From Candidatus Hydrogenedentota bacterium (GTDB taxonomy: Bacteria; Hydrogenedentota; Hydrogenedentia; Hydrogenedentales; JAEUWI01), in the NCBI GenBank assembly GCA_034669905.1, contig JAXMOL010000025.1, positions 40,775 to 104,774 of the forward strand: a stretch of DNA of 64,000 nt. The letters run 5' to 3'. Below, in pieces: positions 8,095 through 19,288 of this stretch. The translations under genes were made by a program, and so were the position numbers. Below the pieces are notes generated by a model that saw nothing but the letters and a program-made list of their open reading frames with translations, did no database searches and was not told the DNA's origin. Every line of letters begins with the position of its first letter. Within the stretch, counting starts at the first letter, position 1.

Positions 8095-10653
8095 TCAATG
8101 CTCCACCCGTTGATTGAAGAATGCGCCCTCGGAGAAGGCGGCGCGCAGATCGGCTTCATAGACCCGGCCTTCTTTATCGGAGGCGAGGATGATCCATGGT
8201 GCGTCCGCCGGATAGGGGTGTCGTGGGCCGGTGACGTTTTGGATGAAGCTGTTGTGCGCGGGGTCGGGCGCGATGACGGTCCGTGGGGTGCCGACTCCTT
8301 CGGGGTCGTCGGGAATCATGCGCGAGAATACAATCCGCGCACCGTGGGGTGGCGGCAGGGCCCGGTCATTGTCGCCGTAGCCGATGAGCACGGTGGCGCC
8401 GTCCGCACTCGACACCACAATGGGCCGGCTCGGGCGCGTGGTTTCCCCCAGGATTCCAAAGGGCCAGGGACGCCATGTGCCATCGGGGTCCCCTTCAAAG
8501 AGCGTAAACTGGGTCTTGCCCACCGCATCGACCGAATTCTTTGTCGCCAGCCAGACAGCTCCCCCAGGCGCGAGGACGGTGTTCAGATGGTCGTCGCCAA
8601 TCCTCCCCCCCAGCTGGATGGGCGCCTCTTCGTTCCACGCTCCCGTAGCCGCACCATCGGCATGGGCGCGAACCACGAAGCCCTCGCGCACCTGATCAGA
8701 CCAGATGACACCCGTTTTCTTTCCGGGCAGGGGCGTCACCACACAAATATCGTCGGGCGCAACACCCTCGGCAAGTACAATCGGACCCGACCAAAGCGTG
8801 CCATCCTCCGGTGCCGTCCACACGCACACCTTCACACCGGCCACCGCGGCGACCCACCACCTCCCCGCCGTGTCCTGCATGATGGTGGCTGTTTCGATGG
8901 CGTCCTCCGGCGACGGCGGGGCCAACTCTGCGAGTACCTGGGGCTCCCAGCGCGACGCACCGCCCTCGCCCACCCGGGTGAGGCGGAATACGGTGACCGA
9001 CGTATTGGTCTTTCGGTAGGCTTCCAGCCCAACGGCCGTCACACCGGAAACTCCGGGCCAGACATCCGCACGACGTGCGGTCCGCTCCAAGCCGTGGACG
9101 GCCTCGGGGTGCTCTACCCAGCCGGTGTCCGTGCGCTGCCAGAGCGACGGTCCCGATTCACGGGGCAAGAGGGCCCACCAGCACCCGTCCATATGCCACA
9201 ACTTTGACTGGGGCTTGTCCGCCGTGGGCGCGGGGTAGTCCAATTGGAATACGGGCTCCGTGGCGGGGCGAAAGGCGGTTCCGACCGGAGCCTGCGCTTC
9301 CCCCTTCAACACGGCCGACAAGGCAGGCGTATCCAGCGAGCGCGTCAGGCGAAAGACCCCCGCCGGACCACCGGGTGCACCGCAATAAAAGAACACATGC
9401 TGCACGCCCCGGGCCACATCCATCACCGCGCCCCCCGTGTGAAAGCCATCCGCCGTAGCGTAAAACTTGCCCCCCCGCTTGAAGAGGCGCCCCTCAAAGC
9501 GCCACTCGGCCGTCGCCCAATCCTCCGGCGCGATGCTGTAGAGGTTGATGGACATGTCCTCCCGCTTCGACTGAACCACTTCGAAACGTTTGGTCACGGG
9601 ATTGAAACACATAGCCGAAGTGTCTACCGACAGCTTGGTTTTCATGTTGGTGTTCGCCACATCGGTAATCGGCTCGTCACCAAAGGTGAAGCGCGCCTGG
9701 GCGAGGATGTCGACCGGACGTTGGTTACGAATAATGGCGACAAAGCCCTCCTCATAGGGAATGACATCGGGCTCGGCGGGCTTGCACCAGTCGGGCAGGG
9801 CCAGCCGGTGCTTCTCCCAGGTCGCCCCCCGGTCGCGGGAACGGTAGACGGCGATTTCCCGGGCGATATCAATCGGGCGACCATCCTTTACGATGCTGTG
9901 GTGGGCAAAGAGCAGGGTACCATGGGCCGGGTCGTCGATGATGCGGGGTCCCACATACGCAAAGGGACCTTCGTGGCGATCCTCCCGAAAGGCGAGGCGC
10001 AGGTGGCTCCAGGTCGCGCCCTGGTCCTCCGAACGAAACACACCGTGGTCGCTGACGAGAAGCACGGCCCCGTCGCGGAGCGTACCAAGGGCGTTCAGGT
10101 GGAGCTTATAGCCCAGCGGACTCTTGTTCTCCGGATCAAATTTGAAGCGATGGACCAGCGGCACGGAGCCGCCCCGGTTGCGATCCTCGGGCATCATGCA
10201 TTCCCGCACGTCATAGGGCGCCGACCAGGTCTCCCCCCCATCCTTCGAGCGAAGAATCGTGGAATAGGTCGTGTCCCCATCCGCACTACCGGCCAGTTTC
10301 TTGTTGTGTCCCGGCATGGCGCGATGGACGACTATCATCGTATCCCCCACCATCGTGGCCACGGGCCAGCCAAAGTGGTTGTTATCCCCCTTCGGGTGGG
10401 TGGGCAGATTGACCGGCGCCAATTCGAGGAGGCCCGCTGCCTGTGCCGACTCCAGGCGCGCCTGTTGCTGCGGGTCCGTATCGAGCAACCCCCGAACGAA
10501 GGAGGCCTCGTCGGTCGCGCCAAGGGCTTCCGCCGCCCCAGCCATCGGACCAACGCCCAACCCCAGCAGGCCCATCGAAAAGACAGCCACCGCCGCCAGG
10601 CCCTTCGCCGTACCCATCCCGCGCCGATTCTTTCGTCCTGTTTCCTTCGTCAT
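8095..10653 (-). CDS. secreted two-module beta-propeller protein (N-terminal BNR/Asp-box sialidase-like module)
   Basis: Signal peptide; Asp boxes RSKDGGETW, RSEDQGATW, RSRDRGATW; second module begins with DKPQSKLW. Confidence 0.8.
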   Translation of the reverse strand: MTKETGRKNRRGMGTAKGLAAVAVFSMGLLGLGVGPMAGAAEALGATDEASFVRGLLDTDPQQQARLESAQAAGLLELAPVNLPTHPKGDNNHFGWPVATMVGDTMIVVHRAMPGHNKKLAGSADGDTTYSTILRSKDGGETWSAPYDVRECMMPEDRNRGGSVPLVHRFKFDPENKSPLGYKLHLNALGTLRDGAVLLVSDHGVFRSEDQGATWSHLRLAFREDRHEGPFAYVGPRIIDDPAHGTLLFAHHSIVKDGRPIDIAREIAVYRSRDRGATWEKHRLALPDWCKPAEPDVIPYEEGFVAIIRNQRPVDILAQARFTFGDEPITDVANTNMKTKLSVDTSAMCFNPVTKRFEVVQSKREDMSINLYSIAPEDWATAEWRFEGRLFKRGGKFYATADGFHTGGAVMDVARGVQHVFFYCGAPGGPAGVFRLTRSLDTPALSAVLKGEAQAPVGTAFRPATEPVFQLDYPAPTADKPQSKLWHMDGCWWALLPRESGPSLWQRTDTGWVEHPEAVHGLERTARRADVWPGVSGVTAVGLEAYRKTNTSVTVFRLTRVGEGGASRWEPQVLAELAPPSPEDAIETATIMQDTAGRWWVAAVAGVKVCVWTAPEDGTLWSGPIVLAEGVAPDDICVVTPLPGKKTGVIWSDQVREGFVVRAHADGAATGAWNEEAPIQLGGRIGDDHLNTVLAPGGAVWLATKNSVDAVGKTQFTLFEGDPDGTWRPWPFGILGETTRPSRPIVVSSADGATVLIGYGDNDRALPPPHGARIVFSRMIPDDPEGVGTPRTVIAPDPAHNSFIQNVTGPRHPYPADAPWIILASDKEGRVYEADLRAAFSEGAFFNQRVEH

Positions 10654-10768
10654 GATACGCTAACTTCCTTCCCCGGATAGTCTGCCTGATTCGTGGTTGC
10701 TTCCGCCGTGACACCGCCGCCAATTTTCAGGTACCCTGCACGGCATAGGGATACATTGTCAAAACAAG

Positions 10769-11788
10769 ATGGAAAACATGATGCAAACAACACGCACACA
10801 CCCAGTCTTGATCGGCGCCCTGCTGGCGGCCTTCCTCACCGTGACCGCCCTTGCAACGGAAACCCGGGAAGAACCCATCCCCACCGGGTGGGCCGAATGG
10901 TACCGCCCCGTAGACAACCCCGTCTTCACCATCGACTACGGCAACAACCACGACTCAGTCCTCTTTGTAGAACCCGAACTGGAATATCCCTACCACCTCA
11001 TCATCAGCCACGAAAAGGAGGCGGCCCACCTCTGGCGCACCAAACGCTTCTCTTGGAACAGCGCCGACTGGGAGTTGGTCAGTGACCAATATATCATCGG
11101 AAACCACTACGAATACGACGACGGCGTGAAGGTCGGCGACACGTATTATATTTACGAAGATGGTATCGTCTATACCTTCACCGGCCCCCTGGAAGAAGCC
11201 AGTGGACAGTGGAAAAAAGCGGGCACCTTCCCGAAAAAGGAGTGCGACGACGCGGGCGTTTTCTACGAAGAGGGCGTCTTCCACCTCTTCGGCGAATACG
11301 GTCATTTCCCCCACGGCCCCGACGGCACGAGCCTATCCCACTTCACCTCCACGACGGGGCTGGGTGATTGGACCCTCGTCAATGCAAAAGCCGTGGACCC
11401 CAATCCCGATGGGGGCCACACCTACGGCGTGGGCGACCCGACCATCGCCAAAATCGAGGGCATGTACTACATCTTCTGCGACCGGGAGTCGGAAGGCGTG
11501 CCCTACCGCGTCATCGCCTGGCAATCACCCGATCTCAACACCCCTTTTGAATATAGGGGCGTTGCCCTCGCGCCCCGTTCCGACGAAACCGACGACTGGG
11601 ACAACTACCGCATCCAGGATGCCGACATCGGTTACATCCCCGAACTGAAGCGTTACGTCCTGACCGTCAACATGAAAGACCACGACGGCAACCCCGGTGG
11701 CAACTTCCCCACCCTCGGCAAAAATCAAAGCCGGGTCATTGGCGTCTTTTATTCGCAGAGAACGCTACCCCCATCCCAAGTACCGTAA
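10769..11788 (+). CDS. secreted five-bladed beta-propeller glycoside hydrolase-like protein (GH32/43/130 clan-like)
   Basis: Signal peptide; repeated DNPV, DAGV, GDPTI and QDADI blade starts. The true start may be a Met a few codons downstream. Confidence 0.7.
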   Translation: MENMMQTTRTHPVLIGALLAAFLTVTALATETREEPIPTGWAEWYRPVDNPVFTIDYGNNHDSVLFVEPELEYPYHLIISHEKEAAHLWRTKRFSWNSADWELVSDQYIIGNHYEYDDGVKVGDTYYIYEDGIVYTFTGPLEEASGQWKKAGTFPKKECDDAGVFYEEGVFHLFGEYGHFPHGPDGTSLSHFTSTTGLGDWTLVNAKAVDPNPDGGHTYGVGDPTIAKIEGMYYIFCDRESEGVPYRVIAWQSPDLNTPFEYRGVALAPRSDETDDWDNYRIQDADIGYIPELKRYVLTVNMKDHDGNPGGNFPTLGKNQSRVIGVFYSQRTLPPSQVP

Positions 11789-11832
11789 GCAGGACGGTGA
11801 CGAATCGCACTTAGACAGGGGACCAACTCCCC

Positions 11833-12038
11833 GGGACGGTCAACTCTTCCGCCCAAAGCGGAAAAAGGACTGTACCGGCAGTACGCCACGTCCCAATGTA
11901 AGCCACATCACCCCACGTCCCCTGACACTGCCGGGATAGCCTCACGCGTTATCGGTCACTCCCCAGCTTGGGGGTTGTTCGTTGGGCGACGGGCACATCC
12001 CCCAAACCCATCGACACACAAGGCGGGAAGGCAGTCCC
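11833..12038 (+). repeat. three-arm RAYT-associated REP element
   Basis: gggacggtc leader at 11833; arm A 11867-11881; arm B 11928-11947; arm C 12023-12038. Confidence 0.85.
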
Positions 12039-12041
12039 CCC

Positions 12042-12989
12042 CTACACGATCTTCTTTTTCTTCTTCGCCGCAGCACCCTTCTTCCCCTTGGGAAACACAA
12101 TCGAGTTCTCCACCCGATCATCAATGCAGGCCAGGAGGAAGTCGATGAAGCGTTGGGCGTAGGGGTTGGCCCCCTCGTCGCGGACGTAGCTCATCACCGC
12201 AGTGTTGGGCAGGGGCGGCAACCCATCGTCAAGAATGGGCATCTCCTCCAGCACCGCCGATCGGGGCAACACACTCACGCCCAGGCCCGCGCGGATAGCC
12301 GATTGGACGGCCTGGACGGCATTCGCATCGATGGACATTTTCCAGGGACGTCCTATCGTGGTAAGGGCGTCGAAGGCAATCTGCCGATAGCTGCACGGCG
12401 GATGCATAAGCACCAGCTCGACCGGGGTGTCCTCGTCCTCCTCCCCCTCCCAGGAGCCGGTCCAGACCAGTTGCTCTTCCCAGAGCACCTTGCCGTAGCC
12501 CGCTTCCGGGCCAGCAAAGACCACGTCCAGTTCGTCTTTCTCCAGGGCCTCCAGCAGGCTCCCCCCCAGACCCAGCACCAGGCTCAGGTCGCAGTTGGGA
12601 TGAGCACGACGAAAACGGGCCAGCAGGGTGTGGAGATGCTGGGGCGCGAGATATTCGGCAAAGCCCACGCGCAGCAGGGTGGCGTCGTCGGGCGCGGTGA
12701 CGGCGAGGAAGGCCTCATCCGCCAAATCCAGAATCCGCCGGGCGTAACTCACAAAAGTCTCCCCCGCGGGCGTCAGCGAAAGTGAACGGCTGTTGCGCTC
12801 CACGAGTTTGGTGCCCAGCTTGTCTTCCAACTTTGCGATTTGCAGGCTTACGGCCGATTGGGTCCGGTAGATCCGCTTGGCCGCCGCCGAAAAACTCCCC
12901 TCCTCCACCACGGCCACCAGGGCCCGGAGGCAGATAAGGTCCGTATCCAACTTAAATTGCATTGCATTCGATTTGCTCATAGGTACCAT
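12042..12989 (-). CDS. LysR family transcriptional regulator
   Basis: LRALVAVVEEGSFSAAAKRIYRTQSAVSLQIAKLE HTH; divergent from the MDR gene. Confidence 0.95.
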   Translation of the reverse strand: MVPMSKSNAMQFKLDTDLICLRALVAVVEEGSFSAAAKRIYRTQSAVSLQIAKLEDKLGTKLVERNSRSLSLTPAGETFVSYARRILDLADEAFLAVTAPDDATLLRVGFAEYLAPQHLHTLLARFRRAHPNCDLSLVLGLGGSLLEALEKDELDVVFAGPEAGYGKVLWEEQLVWTGSWEGEEDEDTPVELVLMHPPCSYRQIAFDALTTIGRPWKMSIDANAVQAVQSAIRAGLGVSVLPRSAVLEEMPILDDGLPPLPNTAVMSYVRDEGANPYAQRFIDFLLACIDDRVENSIVFPKGKKGAAAKKKKKIV

Positions 12990-13130
12990 TCCAATTAATC
13001 GTTTTACTTATTCCTGATCGCAGTATATACTCCCATTCAGAAGCAGTCAACCACCCCGCTGGACCGAAGCAACGCCGAAAGCGGGCTCCGAAAAACGGCT
13101 CCACAACACGTACCGAGGAGGATATGGATT

Positions 13131-14141
13131 ATGAAAGCTATTGGATACACCCAGGCAGGCCCCATCACGGCGGACAACGCCCTCATTGACTTCGACGCCG
13201 AGAAACCGTCGGTAGGTCCCCGCGACCTCCTGGTGGAAGTGAAAGGTATTTCGGTTAACCCCGTGGACGTAAAGGTCCGCGCGGCCATGGCGCCCGAGTC
13301 GGGCACCAAGATCATCGGCTATGACGCCGCCGGCACGGTTCGAGAAGTCGGCAAAGACGTGAGCACCTTCAAGGTCGGTGATGACGTCTTCTACGCAGGC
13401 GATCTCACCCGCCCCGGCACCAATTCCGAGTTTCATGTGGTGGATGAGCGCATCGTCGGGAAAAAACCCCAATCCCTCGACTTTCCGGAGGCCGCCGGTT
13501 TTCCCCTCACCTCCATCACCGCGTGGGAACTGCTCTTTGACACCTTCGGCGTAAAGGAAGGGGAAGGCCAGGGCGAAAGCCTCCTGGTGATTGGCGGCGC
13601 CGGTGGCGTGGCATCCATCCTCATTCAGCTGGCCAAAAAGCTGACGGGCCTCACGGTCATCGCCACGGGCTCCCGTCCTGACACGACCGAGTGGGTGAAA
13701 AAGATGGGCGCCGATCACGTCATCAACCACCGCGAGTCCCTCGCCGACCAGATGAAAGCGTTGGACATCCAGCCCCGTTACGTGGCCTCGTTGAACGGCA
13801 CGGATGGCCACTTCGCCTCCATCCTCGAGCTCATCAAACCCCGCGGGCATGTGGCCTTCATCGATGACCCGGAAACCCTGGACATCAAGGCGGGCAAAAT
13901 GAAGGCCCTCAGCTTCAGCTGGGAGTTCATGTTCACCCGCTCCATGTTCGAGACCGACGATATGGCGGCGCAGCAGGACCTGTTGAACCGCGTCTCCGCC
14001 CTCATTGACGACGGCACGCTGATTTCCACCGTCACCAAGAATCTCGGCCCCCTCACCGCAGCAACGCTCATTGCCGCCCACGAAGAACAGGAAGGCGGCC
14101 GTGTCATCGGCAAGAATGTACTGGGTGGATTTGAAGCGTAG
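13131..14141 (+). CDS. zinc-binding alcohol dehydrogenase family / quinone oxidoreductase-like MDR
   Basis: [44 protein letters not shown] gaggagg. Confidence 0.92.
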   Translation: MKAIGYTQAGPITADNALIDFDAEKPSVGPRDLLVEVKGISVNPVDVKVRAAMAPESGTKIIGYDAAGTVREVGKDVSTFKVGDDVFYAGDLTRPGTNSEFHVVDERIVGKKPQSLDFPEAAGFPLTSITAWELLFDTFGVKEGEGQGESLLVIGGAGGVASILIQLAKKLTGLTVIATGSRPDTTEWVKKMGADHVINHRESLADQMKALDIQPRYVASLNGTDGHFASILELIKPRGHVAFIDDPETLDIKAGKMKALSFSWEFMFTRSMFETDDMAAQQDLLNRVSALIDDGTLISTVTKNLGPLTAATLIAAHEEQEGGRVIGKNVLGGFEA

Positions 14142-14184
14142 ACGCCTTGGCTGCCGAAAACGACCAATACGGGAAGGATAACGA

Positions 14185-15006
14185 ATGGAAAAGACGATAC
14201 TGATTACCGGGGCCACCGATGGAATCGGTCTGGAGACGGCCCGTGTGCTGGCTTCCGGTGGCCATCATATCCTTCTCCACGGACGTAATCCCGCCAGGCT
14301 GAAGGCGACGCACGAGGCCCTTTCCACACTCACACCCGACACAACAATCGACATCGTCGAGGCGGATCTATCCCGCCTCGACGCGGTCGAGGAAATGGCC
14401 GCATACATAACGAGGCACTATGACCGGCTCGATGTCTTGATCAACAACGCGGGTGTCTACCGTAGCACTCCGGTCAGGACGGTCGACGGCCTCGATATAC
14501 GCTTTGCCGTAAACACAATTGCACCCTATCTACTCACCAATCGCCTCCTTCCGCTCCTTGGCCCGACGGCACGGGTGCTCAACGTCTCTTCGGCGGCCCA
14601 GTCTCCCGTCCACCTGGAAGCGCTCTCGGGCGCGATGGATCTTTCGGACGGACACGCCTATGCGCAGAGTAAACTCGCACTCACCATGTGGTCTGTCCAG
14701 ATGGGACGCACCGTGGCAGAGTCTGGCCCCATGGTGCTGGCCATCAACCCCGGCTCCATGCTGGGAAGCAAAATGGTAAGAGAGGCCTTCGGTGTCGACG
14801 GTGCAGACATCGGTATCGGCGCGGCCATATTATGTCGAGGCGCCCTGTCCGACGAGTTTTCCCATGCAACCGGCCAGTATTACGACAACGATAGGGGCAC
14901 GTTCGCCTCGCCCCACCCCGATGCCCTGGACGAAACGAAATCGAAACGGCTTACCCAACGAATAGAAGAAATAGTGACCCGAAAGCCAGGCGCTCTCAGC
15001 CGATAG
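14185..15006 (+). CDS. short-chain dehydrogenase/reductase
   Basis: TGATDGIG; NNAG; YAQSK. Confidence 0.92.
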   Translation: MEKTILITGATDGIGLETARVLASGGHHILLHGRNPARLKATHEALSTLTPDTTIDIVEADLSRLDAVEEMAAYITRHYDRLDVLINNAGVYRSTPVRTVDGLDIRFAVNTIAPYLLTNRLLPLLGPTARVLNVSSAAQSPVHLEALSGAMDLSDGHAYAQSKLALTMWSVQMGRTVAESGPMVLAINPGSMLGSKMVREAFGVDGADIGIGAAILCRGALSDEFSHATGQYYDNDRGTFASPHPDALDETKSKRLTQRIEEIVTRKPGALSR

Positions 15007-15088
15007 CATGTCGCGTTCTTCCGAGAGCCCATCCCAATCACATTGGGCACCAATTACGCTGACGTCATACCCACATGGAGGAAACACG

Positions 15089-16087
15089 ATGAAACAATAT
15101 AAAATCGAACCCGGCAAAAAGTCCCTCAAGCAAGAAGACATCCCTGAACGGGAACTCGGCCCCCACGACGTAAAGGTCCGCATCCATGCGGCGTCCTTAA
15201 ACTACCGCGACATCCTCAATCTCCAATCCAACCGGGAAGCCATCGTTCCCTTTTCCGATGGGGCCGGTGAAGTTGTGGAAACCGGCAGTGCGGTCCGCAG
15301 CCTGGCCGCAGGCGACCGGGTGGTGGGCCTCTTTTTCCCGCTCTGGATGGATGGCCCCATCGAAAAGGGCATCAACGATGTGGCCCGTGGGGGTGGCGCC
15401 ACCGATGGTATGCTGGCCGAAGTCGTCGTCGGAAACGAAAACAGCTTCCTGCCCTTTCCGAAGCAGCTCAGTTACGAGGAGGCCGCCACCCTGCCCTGTG
15501 CGGGACTGACCGCCTGGCACGCCCTCTTCGAACACGCTCAGCCGGCCCAACCGGGACAAACCGTGTTGATTCAGGGCACGGGTGGTGTCTCGACCTTCGC
15601 CCTTCAGATTGCCGTCGCCCATGGCCTCAAGACCATTGTAATCTCGAGCTCCGACGAGAAGTTGGCGCGGGTGAAACAGATGGGCGCCACCCACACCCTC
15701 AATTACCGCACCACCCCCGATTGGGAAAAGGCCGTGTGGGAACTCACCGACAAAAAAGGTGTCGATATCGTTCTGGAAGTCGGCGGTGCGGGCACCCTGG
15801 AGAAATCCATGAAGGCCGTGAAGTATGGCGGGGTCATCAGCCTCATCGGGGTCCTTTCCGGTCTGGACGGCACCATCAATCCCCTCCACATCCTCGGCAA
15901 GAGCCTCCGGGTCTTTGGCATCTATGTGGGCAGCCGGGCCATGCAATCCCGCTTCCACACCGCCCTCACCACCCATGGACTCACCCCCATCGTCGACCGG
16001 GTCTTCGACTTCGACGCCGCGGCGGACGCCTATACCTACCAGCAATCCGGCAAGCACTTCGGCAACGTGGTCGTGAAGTGCAGTTAA
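15089..16087 (+). CDS. NAD(P)-dependent MDR oxidoreductase (zinc-free, MDR7-like)
   Basis: [28 protein letters not shown]. Start chosen after RBS ggagg. Confidence 0.92.
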   Translation: MKQYKIEPGKKSLKQEDIPERELGPHDVKVRIHAASLNYRDILNLQSNREAIVPFSDGAGEVVETGSAVRSLAAGDRVVGLFFPLWMDGPIEKGINDVARGGGATDGMLAEVVVGNENSFLPFPKQLSYEEAATLPCAGLTAWHALFEHAQPAQPGQTVLIQGTGGVSTFALQIAVAHGLKTIVISSSDEKLARVKQMGATHTLNYRTTPDWEKAVWELTDKKGVDIVLEVGGAGTLEKSMKAVKYGGVISLIGVLSGLDGTINPLHILGKSLRVFGIYVGSRAMQSRFHTALTTHGLTPIVDRVFDFDAAADAYTYQQSGKHFGNVVVKCS

Positions 16088-16119
16088 CCACACACCACGC
16101 AGACAGGAGAGTTTTCACC

Positions 16120-16995
16120 ATGAAACGACAGGCCGCAACGATTACCGCCGCATTCGCCGCCCTCTGTGGCGCTGCCCTCTATACCACCGACAGCCTCGCC
16201 CGGGATGCCACCCCCGATCCCGAGTTGGTCGTAACGTCCGACATTGAATGGGGCCCTCTCAATCCCGCACGGGGCAACAAGGGTCCAAAGGCCGGCACCC
16301 TCTGGGGTGATCGCACCGCAGAAGGACCCTCGGGATTCCTCGTGGAATTCGCCGACGGCTTCGCGTCGCCCCCCCACATTCACAATGTCACCTACCGGGG
16401 CGTGGTCATCCGCGGTCTCGTCCACAATGATGACCCGAATGCGGCCGAAATGTGGATGCCACCAGGCTCCTTCTGGACCCAGCCCGTGGGCGAGGAGCAC
16501 ATTACGGCGGGCAAAGGCGGAAAGAGCCTCGCCTACATCGAGATCGAAAAGGGGCCCTACCTCGTCCGCCCTTCCGAAGAGGCCTATGACAGTGGCGAGC
16601 GTCCCGTAAACGTTGACCCCTCAAATATCGTGTGGCTCGATGCGTCCAATCTGCGCGCTATCGAAGCCAGCGCTCCATCGGATGGCCCCGAGCTCGCCTA
16701 CCTTTGGGGCAACCCCCAGGACAATCAACGGAACGGAACCCTCGTCAAACTCCCCGCCGGATTCTCCGGCACGCTGCGCAGCCAGGGAACCAGTTTTCGG
16801 GCGGTGGTCATCGAGGGGCAGCCCCGGTTTCACACGCCGGACAAGAGTACAGCCACATCCCTGGAACCGGGAAACTATTTTGGCGGCGAGGGCAAGCGGG
16901 AATTCACGCTTTCCACGGAAGCAAATAACGCCACCATCCTCTATGTACGGGCCGAAGGGAACTATGACATTCTCGCGACGCCGACCGCGGAGTAA
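16120..16995 (+). CDS. exported DUF4437 cupin-domain protein
   Basis: Signal peptide; [37 protein letters not shown] aggag. The longer 15721 ORF start overlaps the MDR gene. Confidence 0.85.
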   Translation: MKRQAATITAAFAALCGAALYTTDSLARDATPDPELVVTSDIEWGPLNPARGNKGPKAGTLWGDRTAEGPSGFLVEFADGFASPPHIHNVTYRGVVIRGLVHNDDPNAAEMWMPPGSFWTQPVGEEHITAGKGGKSLAYIEIEKGPYLVRPSEEAYDSGERPVNVDPSNIVWLDASNLRAIEASAPSDGPELAYLWGNPQDNQRNGTLVKLPAGFSGTLRSQGTSFRAVVIEGQPRFHTPDKSTATSLEPGNYFGGEGKREFTLSTEANNATILYVRAEGNYDILATPTAE

Positions 16996-17106
16996 CCGCG
17001 GCACACCGACAGCGTTGTCCCCTGAATATAGCCAGCGTCATGGCACCATAAGGGCTGTTGCGTCCCCAATGTGCCACACTAGCTCTTGAGATAAGGACTC
17101 TGAACC

Positions 17107-17262
17107 ATGACCACCAAAAAACAGTTTGGGCCTAAGGGCTGGACACCGGATCAACTCGGCTCCCTCACGGGCAAAACGTACCTCATCACCGGTGCCAATG
17201 CCGGGGCGGGGTTTGAAGCCACGCGGGTCTTTCTCTCCAAAGGCGCAAGGGTGGTGATGATG
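17107..17262 (+). pseudogene. 3'-truncated SDR (only the first Rossmann elements remain), broken at a REP element
   Basis: MTTKKQFGPKGWTPDQLGSLTGKTYLITGANAGAGFEATRVFLSKGARVVM, then the frame runs into REP DNA from 17272. No YxxxK motif. Confidence 0.8.
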
Positions 17263-17271
17263 ATCCACAAC

Positions 17272-17475
17272 GGGACTGTCAACTCTTCCGCCCCAGGCGG
17301 AAATGGGACTGTACCGGCAGTATCCCTTGTCGCCGGGCAACTATCACCAACCCAACGCCATCCATCACGGCCGGGACAGCCTCACGCATGGACACCCACT
17401 GCCCCAGCCAACGAAGCACCCCGGGTCACCGTCATCGGACCAATCGGTAGGCCATTCGTGCGTGAAGGCAGTCCC
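17272..17475 (+). repeat. three-arm RAYT-associated REP element (complete, ~200 bp)
   Basis: gggactgtc 17272; arm A 17305-17320; arm B 17370-17387; arm C 17460-17475. Confidence 0.88.
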
Positions 17476-17582
17476 ACGTGTCGCGGCGTAGCAGCCCTCC
17501 CAAGCGTAGAAAAAATCACCCCCACCTCCCATCGCGTGTCTGGTGCGGTGAGAAGCGGGGGCGATAGGGATGAGAAACACTA

Positions 17583-18371
17583 TCAGTCCTGTGCTTGCAG
17601 GATACCCACGAGCTCGGTCAAATTATTCACTACGTAGTCCGGCCGTTCGACATTCGGGTACAGCGTGGCGCCCGGACGGGCAATAAAGGCCGTCTGTAGC
17701 CCCACGTTTTTCGCACCCGCCAGGTCCCAGGCGTGGGCGGCCACCATCAGGACTTCTTCCGGTTTTACGCCAAGGTCATCCAGGACCATCTGATAGGTCT
17801 CCGGATGGGGCTTATATTTCTTGATGCTTTCAATGGTGTAGCGCTTTTCAAAGAAATGGGTCAGCCCGGCGTTCTTGAACTGGGTCTCCACCCCGGCAGC
17901 CGACGAGTTGGTGAGGCTGACAATCCGATACCCGTCTTTCGCAAGGACGGCCAGGCCCGATTTCACATCGGGGTGGGGCGGAAGGGAGCGCAGGGGCGTG
18001 ACGATGGCCGTCTTGGCCTCGTCATAACTCATCTCGATGCCCTGCTTCTCGGCGACCATCATCAAGGCCGCCGTACCGATCTCGCCGAAGCCATGGTAAT
18101 TATCACTCAACGTCTCCACGAGTGAATAGTGCAGCATCGTGGAGAACCACAGGGGCAGCAAATCTTCCCGCCCATCGAGCACCTCCCCCACCGAGCTTTT
18201 CAGCGCAGCGAGGTCAAGCAGGGTTTCGTTCACGTCGAAAATGATGACGCTGGGTTTCAGCATGGGCTTCTCCCTATCCGGGTGGGCGTTGACGTCTTCC
18301 GCATACACGCGGGCCATGACGAGCAAGGCGAGGGCCGCAACGGACCAATGGAGCAGGCTCTTTCGGGTCAT
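17583..18371 (-). CDS. haloacid dehalogenase type II (L-2-HAD-like) with N-terminal signal peptide
   Basis: FDVNETLLD motif I; LTNS; YKPHP; AAHAWD. Confidence 0.88.
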   Translation of the reverse strand: MTRKSLLHWSVAALALLVMARVYAEDVNAHPDREKPMLKPSVIIFDVNETLLDLAALKSSVGEVLDGREDLLPLWFSTMLHYSLVETLSDNYHGFGEIGTAALMMVAEKQGIEMSYDEAKTAIVTPLRSLPPHPDVKSGLAVLAKDGYRIVSLTNSSAAGVETQFKNAGLTHFFEKRYTIESIKKYKPHPETYQMVLDDLGVKPEEVLMVAAHAWDLAGAKNVGLQTAFIARPGATLYPNVERPDYVVNNLTELVGILQAQD

Positions 18372-18487
18372 AAGGCATTCCTTCTTGGATTGATTGATTC
18401 GATCAGTTGGTGGGCCGGCTCAGCGACCGGAAACAGCCCCCGCCTTCGCGGGGTTGAGCCGTCCAAAAGGGTGCGGTGTACAGGGAC

Positions 18488-19237
18488 TCAGACAAGACTC
18501 TCCTGCCGGTCAGGCGTGATAACGTTCATGGCGAAGCTTTCATACGCCGCGCCAATCCGCTCCGCCTTGGGATCGGGCCACACGAGGAAACGCTCCTCGG
18601 CAAGGGCATCAAATAGATCCACCGCGACCACCGAAGCGGGCACGGCCACATCCCCGAATCCGGCATTTTCCGCCATGTCGGTCTTGATGGGACCCGGGTG
18701 AACACTCACCACCACCGTGCCCTGTTCCCGCAAGGAATCCCGCAGGCCCTGGGTGATGGCGTAACTCGCCGCCTTGGAGGCACAGTAGGTGGCGATAGTT
18801 TCCATGGTCCGGACCGATGCAACGCTGTTGAGCTGTACCAGCGCCCCACCGCCATTCGCCTTCAGCACAGGGGCGAAGGCCTGGGCAACCCGAATCAGGC
18901 CATAGACATTGCTTTCCATCTCAAACTGCAGGGTGTCGATGGCATCGGCATCTAAGGCCGTGCGCATTTTCATCACACCCGCATTGTTCACCACCACGTC
19001 CACATCGCTGGCCGCTTTCGGAGCTGCTATGATGGAAGCCGGGTCATTGAGGTCAACACGAATGGGCACCACCCGCGCCCCGTGTTTCGCCACCAGGGGG
19101 GCCGCCGTGTCGACGTTACGCACCGCCGCATAGACCTTGGCCGCACCGCGATGGAGGGCCTCTTCCACAATGGCCTTCCCGATTCCACGGTTGGCGCCGG
19201 CTACCAATACAATTTTTTCTTCCAGATTAAAGGCCAT
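18488..19237 (-). CDS. short-chain dehydrogenase/reductase
   Basis: GANRGIG; NNAG; YCASK. Confidence 0.92.
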   Translation of the reverse strand: MAFNLEEKIVLVAGANRGIGKAIVEEALHRGAAKVYAAVRNVDTAAPLVAKHGARVVPIRVDLNDPASIIAAPKAASDVDVVVNNAGVMKMRTALDADAIDTLQFEMESNVYGLIRVAQAFAPVLKANGGGALVQLNSVASVRTMETIATYCASKAASYAITQGLRDSLREQGTVVVSVHPGPIKTDMAENAGFGDVAVPASVVAVDLFDALAEERFLVWPDPKAERIGAAYESFAMNVITPDRQESLV

Positions 19238-19288
19238 CACAAGCTCCTCCGGTTTTGTCGCTTCGGGAAAATGAACAGGCAGATACCG

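Noticed and set aside
17107..17637. 176-aa ORF as an intact gene
   Set aside because: Only the first ~51 aa are SDR-like. The rest is read-through across REP DNA that overlaps the HAD gene.
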